64,000 nt of DNA from Octopus sinensis (GCF_006345805.1 NC_043008.1:45942001-46006000); one strand, 5' to 3'. Shown: positions 12,961 to 29,250, counted from the first letter of the stretch. Translations and numbers: made by a program. Notes: a model not told the origin generated them from the sequence alone.

Positions 12961-14093
12961 TAGCTTGCCTGTCTTCCCACCTATCTACCAACCTATTTAC
13001 TTGCTTGACTGCCTACTTTCGAATATACCTATATATGTACGCTGCTCTCTGGCATTAATGTCTCTGGCAGTGGGGTATCTCTACCTTCTACGCGTATTTC
13101 TTAATTGATATGGGGAATATTTAATTTAAGAGGACATACTCTTGTATTTGTGATGGCCCATTTGTGTGTTTGGACAAAATGCGGATGCTAATTCGGCCCA
13201 GTGTGCCGCCATGCTGCCCTTTGGCACATTAATAGAGTATGAAGAGACTGTTTCTTGTCAGTATATTCTCTTCAGTCCTTGTTTAGACACTTCGCTATTC
13301 TTCTAGAGGTTTCCTCAATCTATGTCGTGTTTCTGTCCTTATGCTGCACACTATGATTATAGTTATTTGGATATCTAACCAATTGGCTATTAATAAAGGA
13401 GTGGAATTGAACCAGTGCGTGTGTTGATGATATTAGCCTAATGACTGTTCTTTCAAGACATGAATTCACATCAAGAATCTTGCAAATCAGAGAGAAATTA
13501 TACATAGGTATATATATACATATATATATGCCCCCATCCTCTCCCACATACCCCACCTCTAACCCCACCCTCTGCCTACCCACAAACCACACCTCTACCC
13601 CCACCCGTGCTTTCCCCACTCTCGCCTCCCCAACCTCCCAACAACATCACACCACACCACACTACACCATACAACATTACACATCACATCACAACACACC
13701 ACCCACACACCAGCACTGACCAATTCCCATCCCCACATTTTCACACCTACACATACATACACGCACACGTCAAGACCACCAACCCTCTTTCACACTCACA
13801 TACGTACTCTTTTATACACACACGCACCTTAGTGTTGGGGGTCATCTTTACTTTGTTATCTCCCCTACTTCATCGTTCTCCTATGTGACCCTTCTGTCCG
13901 GCAGTTGCCATGATAGGTCGGTAGCTACTACACACATTTTTCTCTCCTTGTTTTTTTTTTCTGTGTCCCTTTCTGTAGAAGAGCGTAGGCTAGAAACATA
14001 AAATACTTTTTCAATTCCTGAGCGTTATACTAATACATGTTTGTTTTGTATACCACCTGTCTTCGTCTTTTCTTTTTTCGTGAAATCTACCCA

Positions 14094-15430
<1,337 letters not shown>

Positions 15431-16234
15431 TTTTCAGCTCGTCTACGGGAAACATTTTGAATATAAAGCTCCTATTCTACTATGCCGCCTATAGATGCCA
15501 ACTAGCGACACCATTGGGCATGGGGCAGAGAGCTGTGTCGATAAAATGTAGGATAAATATAGTAATGATAATAATAGTTCTCTGATGGAATTTATACTTT
15601 AATGCATCGATACGCGCGTTGGTGCAAGTGACATGTTTTATAAGACCATAGTCCGTATTTCTGAGATGATTACTGCGCGCAGTACGTAGTACCCATGGAC
15701 ATCGAGTAGATCATGTTCTTGCATTCGTTTCTTCGGGTGAAATAACTTAATGGATGTTTAACTGAGGGTCGTTTACCAATTTTGACCAGTGAGAATGTGG
15801 AGAAGGGTAGAAGGTGATGAGAAAAAGAAAGGAATGATAGTTTTTAGATGGTAGAGTTGTGCGTGGTAATGTTGGACTTGTCTTGCTTTTTGAGTCTGCA
15901 GATGTCAGGATGGGTAGAATGTTTCTTTGGTTTGATCTTCTTCACAGCAGGCCTCTCCCCGAGGAATTCAAAAGTGGTTGGATCAGCAGGTACAGTCACT
16001 ACAGCCGTATAGTTGTTGATGTTCATTGTCTGAGCTGACAAATGATACATTCTTTAAGTAACCTTTCAAGTACTCTTGGGTGGTATAATGGTAGAGTAAA
16101 GAGCATACGAAAGGATTGGTTATTTTGTTTAGTTGTTTGTGTACTTCCCTTGTTTTGCTTTATGCTAACTGCCTTCAGTTTCAATCATTCGAGAATCTAT
16201 TTAGTGTTTCCTATACTGAGAATCTCTGGATCTC

Positions 16235-16312
<78 letters not shown>

Positions 16313-16477
16313 ATATATATATATAATATATATATATATATATTATATATATATATATATCTACGCACACACACACATATGTATGTATATATATATATAT
16401 ATATATATATTGATAAAAACGATAAGATAACAAAAGAAAGAAAGACATCTCGATATTATGTAAATATAGGAATTTAT

Positions 16478-16710
16478 CTGTAAATGTAATATGTCACAAT
16501 TATTCGGTAGCCAAGATAAAACTCCGAGTTTCGGATTCCTAGGTGGAAACCCACACCAACATCTCTTTAGATATCCGTTGATCGGAAAAACGCTATGACA
16601 AAATCCGATGGCCGGACAACTGAAGAGATGGCGGCGTGGATTTCCACCTCGGCATCCAAAACTCGGAGTTTTATCTTGGCTACCGAATACTTCTCACATA
16701 TTACATTTAC
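16478..16710. ncRNA. Inverted pair of degenerate minimal type I hammerheads (Penelope-like pLTR remnant)
   Basis: ~90-bp inverted arms. Right arm (+): GACAA-CTGAAGA(16620-16626)-GATG..CATCC-AAAA-CTCGGAGT-T-TTATC. Left arm (-): GATAT-CTAAAGA..ATCC-GAAA-CTCGGAGT-T-TTATC. The consensus of the two arms is a canonical HHR. Confidence 0.65.
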
Positions 16711-16730
16711 ACACACACACACACACACAC

Positions 16731-16806
<76 letters not shown>

Positions 16807-17379
16807 TATATAATATATATATATATATCTATATATATAGTTAATCAAATATGTCCTTTGAAAATAAAGTGCACTGGATTTCATATATGTGCTCTTGAAA
16901 TGAGAAATGTCTAAAACCTTAAAGGTATTTAGAGATTCAATTAGAGCGATTGAATATTACAGAGCAAAAGTAGGAAAAATTACATAAAAATCACAGTAAA
17001 GATAAGTCCATAATATAAACAATAGTGTATTAATAAATAAATATAAAGTAATAAATATATATAAAGTAATAAATAAATATAAAGTATATCTATGATCATT
17101 TAAAAAGTTTTGAGAGATCTTATGAGCGTTTCAATTAATATACTACCTTTCGAAATCAAATCTAAAGTTGATAATCCTTATTAGGAAGTATATCCACTCG
17201 TCAGAGAAAAGGATGAATTTCAGTGTAGTAAATCGAATGGTAGAGATGTTATTCAAAATCGTATAAAGGTGTTGTTTAAAACGTTATGAGTGTCAAAATT
17301 CTCCAAATCCTTCTTTCAGTTAGTTTTATTGTATGCGCAAGAATGGTGAGGGATTTTGACATCGTATCACGCACAGCTA

Positions 17380-18385
17380 TGTGAATGATCGTGATGCGAT
17401 TCGGCTGCCCTCCCGGATGGCATGGCAGGACGGGTGACACATCAAAACATGTCAGAAGATTTACCCATCACCAGTTGCTTAAAGCTGGCATGTGTACTAG
17501 CCCCAATTCGTTCTCCCTGTACCTGGCAGAAATACTCCCCACAATTCCACCTAATAACTCTAGTGTAGTGATCAGGTGCCACTTCAGTGCTACGCTCTCC
17601 AATTTGTTCAAACTTCGGCCACAATGACTGACCAACATTTCTGGTGTCCCTGGCGACAACACCTCGTCAGCTTATTCCCGAGAAAAATTACAAAAATGTG
17701 TCAACAATCATTAAAATGGTTTGGGTCGCCTTGGTCTGACAATCAACATCCAGAAAACCAAAACACACAACCTGCTCAACTCTCACTTCTTTCATATTTC
17801 AACTTCACTGTAGGAACACGACGATCAATCTCCTTAACCCCGGAAAGATCATCTCCCCGCAATGTAATTCCGAGAAAGATGAGAAGATCCGATCTGCCTG
17901 TGATATTTTTCGAAAATGATTCCTACGTTTTTGGAAATAAAAACCTGAAACTACAAACCAAACTTGGAATATACCAAGCCGTTGTTGCTTCCACTTTACT
18001 CTCTGATAATGAGACGTGGGTCACGTACTACCGGGTATTCAGAAACTGGAAGAATTCCATCAACAATAACTGTGAGCAAATGCACGCAGTTTTTGAACAT
18101 CAAATGGGATGTTAACAAGCTTGCAGTCCTTGAAAATCCCCAAACCACAGCATTAAGGCTATCATCATCAAACATACCCTCAGGAAGAGCACTAGACTGC
18201 GTCGCGAGAGCCTCCACATCGAAGTCAGTAACAGCAAGAGATCACGCGGGCGTCCGATGCGACGCTGCAAAGACGAAATGAGACGGTCTATGAACATTAT
18301 CAGCATTGACCCTGAATCTAGGGAGCAATACGCAGACGACAAAACAAGGTGGAGTCTTATCATCAAGGCTGTTGTTATCACGAAA
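17380..18385 (+). mobile_element. Degraded RTE-clade LINE fragment (RT to C-terminus)
   Basis: RFGCP..., LGLTINIQKTK, NKNLKLQTKLGIYQAVVASTLL..NETW and RSRGRP.RR.KD motifs across frames. Confidence 0.75.
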
Positions 18386-18624
18386 GATCTAACAACTGTA
18401 GCCCAGGCCTGATCCGACCATTACATTTGACCTCTGTGCAGTATTATTCCATGTGAAAATCAATCTTGCCAGTCAACAGAGGCACCGACATAATTGAAGA
18501 AGCACACACGAAGAAAGAAATACTCAGAAATGAGAAGGCACCGAAGACGATTAAAGTTCACTCTTTAACATCATTCAACTTTTGGCAACAGAGGCACCAA
18601 GTTCGGGGAGAAATGACCAATTGG

Positions 18625-18765
18625 ATGTTATTCTATCGACCCCGAAAGGATGAAAAGCAAAACTAACCTGGACGGAATTTGAAATCAGTATGTAAAGATT
18701 GAAAACGTGCCACTAAGCATTTTGTCCGACACGCTAACGATCCTGCCAGTCCGACACCTTCAACC
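18625..18765 (-). mobile_element. SINE family B 5' fragment, degraded
   Basis: ATCGACCCCGAAAGGATGAAA...GGAATTTGAA...CTAAGCATTT...GCTAACGAT.CTGCCAG matches the copies at 60.5-61.4 kb. Confidence 0.65.
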
Positions 18766-19500
18766 TGTTGAAAATTAAATTTTAATTTCCACACAAAGAT
18801 TACATTTCAGAGCTAATTACACTGCATAAAGTGGACTTCAGTATTCAACAGTTACTTTTACCACTCTCGGTATGATGAAATATAATGCAACCATCGGCAG
18901 GATTTGAACACAAAACATCACTATTAGATAGCAAATGATAATTATTCCATCGCCAATCTCAAATTTAACAAACCCAATAATTTAGCATAAATTATTAAAG
19001 TATGTATCGATAGAAACACTGCTGTGTGAATCGAAATATGTGCAGTTAGATTTCTTATGGATTTCGTTACATGTTATTTATATTATTTTTCATGTTGCCA
19101 TGCAACTTTCTAGATATGAAGAATGGCTGCAGAATCCAATTTAGCTGTAATACTTGAAATCACTCTCCAAATATTACTATACTAAGAAACAAAATAAATA
19201 GATTTCTTTGCTTGCGTCATTAGTTAGAATTGTCCTCGTGTCTTTTTTCTTTCTTTTTCAATATTATTTATCCATTAGATGATGATTGCCTGCTCATTAA
19301 ACTAGAAACTTCCAACTTGATTTTTTTCCTTCTGCTGCTGTTCTCTCTTATATCATCTATACTTAATCTGGTAGCTTGTTCTATTATTGATCGATCTTCT
19401 GCACGTATGTAAACACGTTTTCACATACACATACATTCAAACGCAACAAGCAATACAGGCATATGTATATATATATATATATATATATAAAACACACACA

Positions 19501-19562
<62 letters not shown>

Positions 19563-19574
<12 letters not shown>

Positions 19575-19721
19575 ATGTGTGTGTGTGTGTGTCCATATAT
19601 GTATGTATGTACGTATGTATGTGTAATTATATATATATAAATATATATTTATATATATTCATGTAATTATAAATACATGTGAGTGCACAATCATGCGCTT
19701 GAATGTAAGTATATATATATA

Positions 19722-19769
<48 letters not shown>

Positions 19770-19917
19770 ATATGTGTGTGTGTGTGTCCATATATGTATG
19801 TATGTACGTATGTATGTGTAATTATATATATAAATATATATTTATATATATTCATGTAATTATAAATACATGTGAGTGCACAATCATGCGCTTGAATGTA
19901 AGTATATATATATAAAC

Positions 19918-19949
<32 letters not shown>

Positions 19950-19950
19950 T
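19563..19950 (+). repeat. Direct tandem duplication, period 195 bp, bounded by (TA)n
   Basis: GTCCATATATGTATG...GTGAGTGCACAATCATGCGCTTGAATG starts at 19591 and again at 19786. Confidence 0.9.
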
Positions 19951-20809
19951 ATATATATACATGCAACCATAAGAGCTTACCCGTCACTTGCAAGCGAGTA
20001 TAGCCTGGTTGCTTGAATCCCCCATTTTGTAACGGTAGTTTGAAGCTGGATAAAGACCTTCTTTGACCCTCCCCACATTCACCTATTAAACCAGGGAAAC
20101 ATTAAGAATGTGAACGGTGAAGAGTACAAAAGTACAAAAGCTGTAAGTGCTACGAGATGCTATTCCTTATCAGCAACGCAGACTGGAGCAAATGATAAGA
20201 TTTGTCTGAAGGAGACAAAGCGTCACCCCAACCAGGAATAGAACACGTGACCTTACGATGATGAGCCAGTCAACGGCCTTCAAGCGCACACATACACACT
20301 CAAATCCATGCGCACGCACACAAACATACAGACCATCATCCAACTACGCATTTTCTACTTGTTTTGCTTAAATAGTCAAATCATGATGAACGAAATATTG
20401 TTGTTGTTCGGGAGATTATTTTGCCTACGAATGACAAGCGTTTATTGAATTTCAGTTAATTATATCGACAAAAAAGTTTCGATAATTAATTCATTAATGA
20501 GTCAATAAATTGATTGATCGATTTGTCAATGCTACTTCTTCAGTATTATTATGTGAACAAACTTGCTTTAAACCCGCGTTAGAATATACTCTAGTTTATA
20601 TTCGGTTGCATATAAGTATCTTAGAAACTAACAGACTAATTAATTTCCTCTCATCACATCAGTTATTTTTATAAAAAGTGCGTTTTAATACATACCTTTT
20701 TGAAGTTATCATTAACTTTATATATTATTAAATGGGTTTAGTTAGAAAGATGATACATTAAAAACAATTGCAGTGTGGAAGACACATATTTGCGATTAAG
20801 AAACATTAT

Positions 20810-22870
20810 CATTATTGTTGTTGTTGTTGTTGTTGTTGTTATTATTATTATTATTCATATACACTCAACAGATTAGACTGTTGGAAAAGAAAAGTATCCT
20901 AACACCGGGCTACAATTAGCTTTAGATGCCAAGAACCCTCCTATTGGGTTACCAAAAGGTGCCTTAGATACCAAGAGCCATCCTTAGTATCCTAGTTGTC
21001 CCTTATAACACTGTTGTCTACAGCTGTACTAATCTAGGTTGTATGCCTATTTCCTCTATCCATCAGTTCAGGGATAGACCCCAATGCACCCCTAACTACT
21101 GAGATACATTTGCCCCGCATTTTCCATAGACTTTGTAATTCAGTACCTACGTCCTGATACTTTGCTATTTTTCTATAGTCGTCATATTGATTTTTTCATC
21201 ATCTGGGACTGTAAAGTCTATCATCTGTCACTTTCTATTCTCTTTATCTACTACTAACAAATCAGATCTTCTAGCTTCTATTACTCTGTCAGTCTGAATG
21301 TTAAAGTCCCACATCCGGTTGTATTTCTTACTTTTTAGTACATTATTAGGTTCATGTTCATACCATTTATCAGTATGTTCCCAGTGGAATCCTCTCCCTA
21401 GATTGTCATGTCTTTTCTGGTATACCTTCTGTGCCAGTATGCTACATTCACTTACTGCATGAGTAACGCTTTCCTCTTTTGATTTGCATAATCTACATTG
21501 GGAATCAACTTGGTGTTTGCCTATCTTGTCTTTTATCCTTAGTCCTTGATCTTGTGCGGCTACTAAAAAACTTTCAGTCTCCCTCTTCATCTTACCTTTC
21601 TGCAGCCATAACCATGTCTCACTGCTACTATTTGCTGAAACTATCTTTCGGAATCTGCCATGCAACGCCTTCTCCTGCCATTCAGATAATTTCTATTCTT
21701 TTTCTGGTTTTTAAGTTTCTTTGGTATTTTGGTTTCCCTGTGTTTTGTTGTGCTTCTAGCAGATTTCTTCACTATTACCTACATTTGAGTCTATATCTAG
21801 CTAACTCCACACAGTGTTCTGCTGATATTAACCTTCTTCCACCTTCCTTTCTATGTATAACCAGCTGAAGAGGATGTCTCATGGGGCTAAATTATAGAAA
21901 CATTAGTCCTAAACTAGGTCTGCCATGTTATGTTGGCAAACAATCTTTACTACAAAGTACTGTTGCTGAATATCTCACGTTGTGAGGTTTAAAAGTAGTA
22001 ATTTTCTAATACTCTCGTTTGTCTCAAACAATCCATTTTGTTGATACTGATCTATTATTTTCTGATATCTTTAAAGCTTAACTACGACTGCCATAATACA
22101 CTGTTTCAAATGTTTGACTATCTCAAATTCTTTTTGTTCGACTAAGTCTCTTATCTCAGGGAAGATTTAAATCTTGGTTTTCTTCACTTTTCTCAGTTTC
22201 CAGGCTTCTATTCAACTGAGACCTTGTCTTGTATGTTCACTTTACATTGTACTCTCCTTTTCCACATTTGCTCTTTTCTAATCTTTTCTTGAGGAATAAC
22301 TAATCGTCTAGTAACTACTACCCTTCCTACGTGGATCTATAAGTTAGTGTCACCAATATTTTTAGTATCTATCCTACTGATAACAGAATCTACTTTCCTA
22401 GTCATATCTAGTAGCTTCTTTCTGTTGGTACCTTTTAATGCTGGTAATCTTTATCTCTCTTTTTTACTCATTACTTCCTGCACCTCATCGAATTCTTCCG
22501 ATCTTCCTCACTTAAACAATCGTTTCAGTTTGTGCCATCTGTTCCTCCTGATCTTTAGCGCTATTATTATTTTTCCTTTACGTTCTTCTTTGGTTTGAAC
22601 TCTATGTTGTTATTTGTCTTTCCTGCTGCCTGGTCTTTCTTTTCCACCCCATTTCTGTCATGCATTTTATTCTCCTAATAACATTAACTTGGTCTACTAG
22701 TCCCTTCTCCATCACTTTAAACATACCCTTCTCTAACCAAAGTGTTAACATCCATTTTCTAGAGCCCCTTCTTTTAGGTTCACGTTCTAAGTAGCATTGC
22801 ACACCACCTATCCTGTTTGCTTCGCTGGTCCTCTTCCTTCTCTTTATTCAATTATCTCTTGATGCTGTTT
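20810..22870 (-). mobile_element. R4/Dong-like RLE LINE with both ORF ends but the RT core deleted; (AAT)(AAC)n tail
   Basis: N-terminal CYLEREPKRRGSRK..LWLEKGMF..LVDQ; HLKQCI...YQQNGLF; jump near 21870 to IHRKEGGR.L; then MHGRF, ETESFLVAAQDQ, CRLC..EESVTHAVSEC, RHDN and WDFNIQTDR.IEARRSD; tail 20810-20850. Confidence 0.8.
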
Positions 22871-22879
22871 TAGGATAAC

Positions 22880-23570
22880 CACAGGAAGCCTTTAGTTATG
22901 TTTGAGGAAACTTCTTGGTTCAATGGAGAATTGGATCAGATTAACATTCTCTTTCTTGTCTTGCTGGGTTGCAGGGTGGGGATTCGGTTCGTCTATATAT
23001 GTTAACGTCTCGGCGAATTCATTCCTGACCAAATTATTGTAGTGGCGGCAGCCCTGTTAAAGATTTCCTTATTGGCCGAGTATTTGGATATTCTTCTACT
23101 AGCTTGAGACTAGGCTTCTAATTACTGTATGGAGCGGGGGTGAGCCCTGTGAATGCATCCAGTATCCTCGTTGGGCTTCCTTGAAGGGTAGTATTTTCCC
23201 GCATTCAGGTCTATGGTCACATCGAAGAAGTTGACGGTTTTCAAGTTCGTGGTAACTGTTATGAACAGGCCAAATTCCTTGAATATCTTCATTATGTTTT
23301 TTTCCAGAATTTGTCCATGGTATGGCCGTTCATGAGGCTTGAGATTGCCAAGCCATCGTTGGTGTAAATGGCTGACATATGTGGATGCGTATGGTTCTTG
23401 AGGGTGCCCCAAATAAATGATCCCATAGACATGCTGAAGACTGGATCGCCTTATTCTTTCAATCACAAGTAATCATCGTGAAACAGGATTGACCCTCTGG
23501 CGTTCATGACGGTTCTGATATAAAGATCACTTATATTAAGGAATTGCTAAGCAAAGTCAGGAGGTTTCAA
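22880..23570 (-). mobile_element. Penelope-like element reverse transcriptase fragment
   Basis: MNARGSILFHD, KIFKEFGLFITVTTNLKTVNFFDVTIDLNAGKYYPSRKPN, RISKYSANKEIFNRAA and RKRMLI.SNSPLNQEVSSNI are PLE RT palm, thumb and linker motifs; frameshifted. Confidence 0.8.
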
Positions 23571-24067
23571 GAAGAGGGGTTTCTATTTAAACGGGTAAAA
23601 TCTACGATCACGCATTCATACATCTCGTATATGCTCACACACAAACACACAAACACACACACACATATGTGTGTATGTGTGCATACATGCACAATATACA
23701 TACATACACTCGCTCACACCCCCACCGACATCACTTTATATCCAGATACCAAGCCGCGACCAGCGTTCTGTCAAGCCACGTGGTCACAAAAATACCTGTT
23801 TCTGAAGGAACTGTTGTCGCTGAGCAAGTGATATTCTTTTTCAATGCCATGTGACCCGCCTTTACCAATAGCAGCTTATCTTCCGGTAGTTATCTTGACC
23901 TATTTCTATCTCTCCATGCGGCAATCCAAAGCCTGAAAGAGGCGGGCTCCTGTTAGAGACCTAAGGGAGTATCAAACTGTTTTCGGTTATAGATCTAACT
24001 CCTACCAAATGTATTGAGTGCCCTTTTCTTGCATTTGTCCGCTCGTATATGTGTGTGTTTACGTGTT

Positions 24068-24134
<67 letters not shown>

Positions 24135-24896
24135 TGTATCCTGGAAATTCAAAGCCAGTATGATCCATATTGGAATGAAATCTTTGAGAGATTATTGATA
24201 AAGATAATGTCTATGTAATTTATTGAAGTGCCGAATATATTTACCACTTTTTTATTTCTGTTATCGATTTATCGGACAAAATGTGATAGTTGATAACCGG
24301 ACTTAACTGGTTTTAGAAGCAGCTCTATATTGATATAAGATGGAAGTCAGATAGTTTTCATCGACAACTTATTGATGTTGAATGTCTTAACAAGGATGTA
24401 TCTATACGATGTAATTATGTTAAATGCGCCATTGATATGCAAGATAGACAGTTCCGTGTCGGTTATGGAGTCTGTATGGCTTTTGAAGTCGTATTACTTC
24501 CAATCGATCTAATTGCATAAATGGATAAGAAACCATTAATTATATTTGAAAATGCTATAGTATGATATATTTTACATTACTTTTTTCCTAAAATTCAGGA
24601 TTTTTAATTTTCATTTTCATTTTGTTTCATAGCTGTGAAAGAGTCAGGTCATTGTTGAGTAAAATAAATTTGTTCAATGGAATCTACTCGAATTCATTAT
24701 TTGCAACAACCGTTTTCGCTTAATTGATTAAGCACTGCCCTTGAACATCGTTCAACTAATTTGGTTGCTTTTTGTGTGTATATTCTATGTATTGTATGTA
24801 TGTGTATATAGAGAGAAATGCGTATTTGTATCAGTTTGTGAATGAAATCGGTTCATCGAACAGATCCCATTTGGATGATCAGTTATTTTTAAATCG

Positions 24897-24953
<57 letters not shown>

Positions 24954-25495
24954 GAGTGAGAGAACAGTGCATGCCATCAAAGTGACACTGGGGTAAAATA
25001 TACGAAGCCCAATATACCCATTTTGACTACCAATCTGATAAGGGTACACCAGCCACATGCATCACCACCATATGTGCGCGACATGGTGATCTCAAATCAA
25101 GATAAACAGCGCATGACCTTGCAGGTGGGGCCCAGTTAAAATTTTCTTCTGGTTGAGTAGCCTATCCTACTCAAAAGGTCCCTGAATAAGGATTGTTTAA
25201 GGATGTTGAACGGAACACCCATGTTTCCAAAGGTGAATTATCCAAACCTCCAAGAATTCCTTTCAACACATTACTATGATGCTCCCCAACAACTTCTGCT
25301 CGTGATCAGATATGGACATATCGTCAGCCACTAAAGGACATGCTCAACTGGTTAGGGTCAAACAACTGACAAGCAAATCTGTGGTATAGAGCAAAATATC
25401 TTTTATACCAAGACGAAACAATGTACATGATAACACTTCCAATCAGTTAAGATCAGAAGCCATGAGACCCACTGCCTGGTACTGCATCAGGGCAA
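24954..25495 (-). mobile_element. ~550-bp non-coding interspersed repeat embedded in (AAT)n, copy 1
   Basis: Reverse complement of 45947-46501; starts TGCCCTGATGCAGTACCAGGCAGTGG and ends CTCTCACTC-(AAT)n. Confidence 0.75.
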
Positions 25496-25499
25496 TTTA

Positions 25500-27313
25500 T
25501 TATTATTATTATTATTATTATTTTCCTTCTTTCTTCAAATTTTCTTCCGTTTCTCGCCGAATGTTTTACGTACACCTAGGTCAGAGAAACTCCCTCAGTC
25601 ACAGCTTCAAGCTGGTGTTTATACCATTTGTCATCGGTTTTGATTTTATAATGCCGATATATTGTTCAGTGTAAATACTGGCCGAATCTGTTATGTTTTG
25701 ATTTATATTCTACAGGTGCTAAGGTGCAAAGATTCTATACCCTGAGATTAGCTCCATTTTTTTATCACATAGCCTTGAGCAGCTAATATGAAAACTTTTC
25801 TCCCTGCTTTTAGCTCTGAACTTTGTAGCCATTGGTGCATGTGTTTCTGGTCGACAGCAGCTTGTTTACTCCGGGCCACATACTTGCCATGCAGAGGTTT
25901 CTGTTCTCATCTTCTAGCTAATTTTTCATGTGCTTTTGTCTTTGCATTTAATTTTATTTTCTTTTCGGCAGCAGTTAGCGCATTTCCTTCGGCCTGATCA
26001 ATCTGGTAAGTATCTAAGAGATCAGTAGCGAATTATTTGCTCTCTTTCGGAATAGAGTGAAGTGTTTTCGGTCTTTCATGTTTTTCAACAAGGTTTAGCA
26101 TCCAATCGTTGGTTCTTTCAAGGTATTTGGCCAGTCCGATTGAGGTGGTTTTGTACGTAACTTCAAGCTGGATCAAGACTCGACCTACCTGAGCTCTGGG
26201 AAGATAAAGACGATCCACGTCTGCCTTTGGATGATGTATCTTATTACAAGTCAATACCCTGCAGATTTGTCTGTCAATTTTCATTATTTCACTGGTATTC
26301 CAGTTAAGCACATTGAAGCTATAAAGAACAACTGGGACTGCTAAGGAATTTAAGACTAACACCTTATTATATGCATTCAGCTCAGACTTCAGGACGGCTC
26401 GAACTCTTCTATAACATTTCTTCCTAACCTTCTCTTTCGTGCTTGAATGCTGGATACCAGAGCCTTCATTTATTCCTAGGTAGTTATAGGTGTGTTCCTG
26501 CTCAAGTTCCTTTATTACTCTTTCGACATCTAATTTGATTGAACTTGACTTCACCAATTTCACTTTCTTAAAAGTGGCTTTGGCACACATTTCAAGGCCA
26601 AACTCCATCCCGATATCATCACGGAATCCTTTCACAGTATGTAGTAGTCCTTCAAGCTCTTCATCATCTTTGACATATAGTTTTAAATCTTCCATATAAA
26701 AGAGATGGCTTATTTTCCTGTTGTCAATTTTGTAGCCATACCCTGTTCTATTCAGTTCACTTGGGAGTGGTATTAGTTCTATGCAGAAAATCAGTGGTGA
26801 AAGTGAGTCACCTTGGAAAATTCCACAGTTTATACTAATATTGTTTTAGCGCAATACTCCATTAGAATGATATAATTGGAGCTTCGTGTTCCATAGTGAC
26901 ATATTATACTTTAAAAAGTCTGAAATCACAGGAGAAATTTTGAAAATGTCTAGCGATTTCAGAATCCACGAATGTGTTATGCTGTGAAAAGCTTTTTTAT
27001 AATCAATCCATGAAGAGCTGAGGTTTTTGCGCTTGTTATGTTAGTTCTCAAGGATCATGCGATTAATTAGGAGCTGATCTTTGAATCCGTATGAGCCACG
27101 TCTGCATCCTTTTTGTTTAGTGGGAAAGAGGTTATTCTCTTCCATAAACGTATGTTTTCTCCACTAGAATAGATGTCAAAATCTTATAGGTAGAAGACAG
27201 ACATGTTATAGGCCGGTAGTGTTTTGGGTTTTTCTTTACGTTATTTTTGGGGAGGAGGTAAGTAATACCATTTGCCATCCAATGGGGAGATTTTACCGGG
27301 TCTTTCATAATAC
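25500..27313 (-). mobile_element. R4/Dong-like LINE: RT present, RLE deleted, 3' UTR and (AAT)n tail
   Basis: YRPITCL, GIFQGDSLSP, ISHLFYMEDLKLY, YNYLG, HHPKADVDRLYLPR and LHGKY; jumps from EAVTEG (~25590) straight to a 3' UTR shared with 28.0-28.1 kb. Confidence 0.85.
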
Positions 27314-28200
<887 letters not shown>

Positions 28201-29199
28201 AAGAAGAAGAAGAAGAAGAACAACAACAACAACAACAACAACAACAGCAACAGCAACAACAGCGAAGATGCAATAACATTTAGTATCACTTATACAAACA
28301 ACAAAACGTATACTCCAACAATAAAAAATGTACTCAAAAAGCGTTATGCATTTTGCTAATAGCGCCATTTTAACAAATATTGTAATAAGTTTTTTCTTAT
28401 CATATGTAGACATATTTTCTTTATACACATTCCTCGTTTGATACATTTTCTACAAGAAAAGTTTCTGTGATGATGATACATGCCCAAAATATCGTAAGTA
28501 GAACTACAAAATCCACCAGCGAATTTATGATTTTCTTTTATCTGAACGATCTACGAATATTCACTGATTAAATGTGTTTTTTTTTATTTCAATACTGAGA
28601 GTCGTCTCCATGATATTTGTAATTTCATTTAACAAGTTTTGTAATAAAAAAGTAAAAGATTCTTCTGTATATCTTTATACGGAATGTAGTCTGACTAAAG
28701 TGATATGGTTCCTCTCGTTTAATCTTTTACAAAAAATATTTGGATGAGAATATAAGAAGGAAAACTTCCTACGTACATGACAGGTGGTAATATTACACTG
28801 AAACATTTTGGTTTTTGATCATTTGCTTTCATCAATTTAATTCTTTCATTTTGTTTTGTAAATGCTATTTCCATACCAAGTATATATTTATTTATACAAG
28901 CATAATATTGATTTAGTTGGTCCTCGGTTTTCCCTCTTCATTGTTGAAGTAAAAGAAACAATATGCAGCAACGTGGGTATATACGCGTATGTGTATGTGT
29001 AATATTTACACACACATATACACGCAAACACACGCACGCACGCACACACACATACACACACACACACATACACACATACACGCACGCGTTTCTACATTTT
29101 TTACCGTAGCAGAAAAATTTTTCCAAGGTAACTGCAGTGAAATTTCCTTTTAGCAGACGAAATATGTCACAAACATATTTTAACTAACCTAAATTTGAT

Positions 29200-29250
<51 letters not shown>

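Noticed and set aside
19265-19325. ATGATGA...GAAACTTCCAACTTG, a possible further HHR relic
   Set aside because: Core, stem I and stem II are too degenerate to support.
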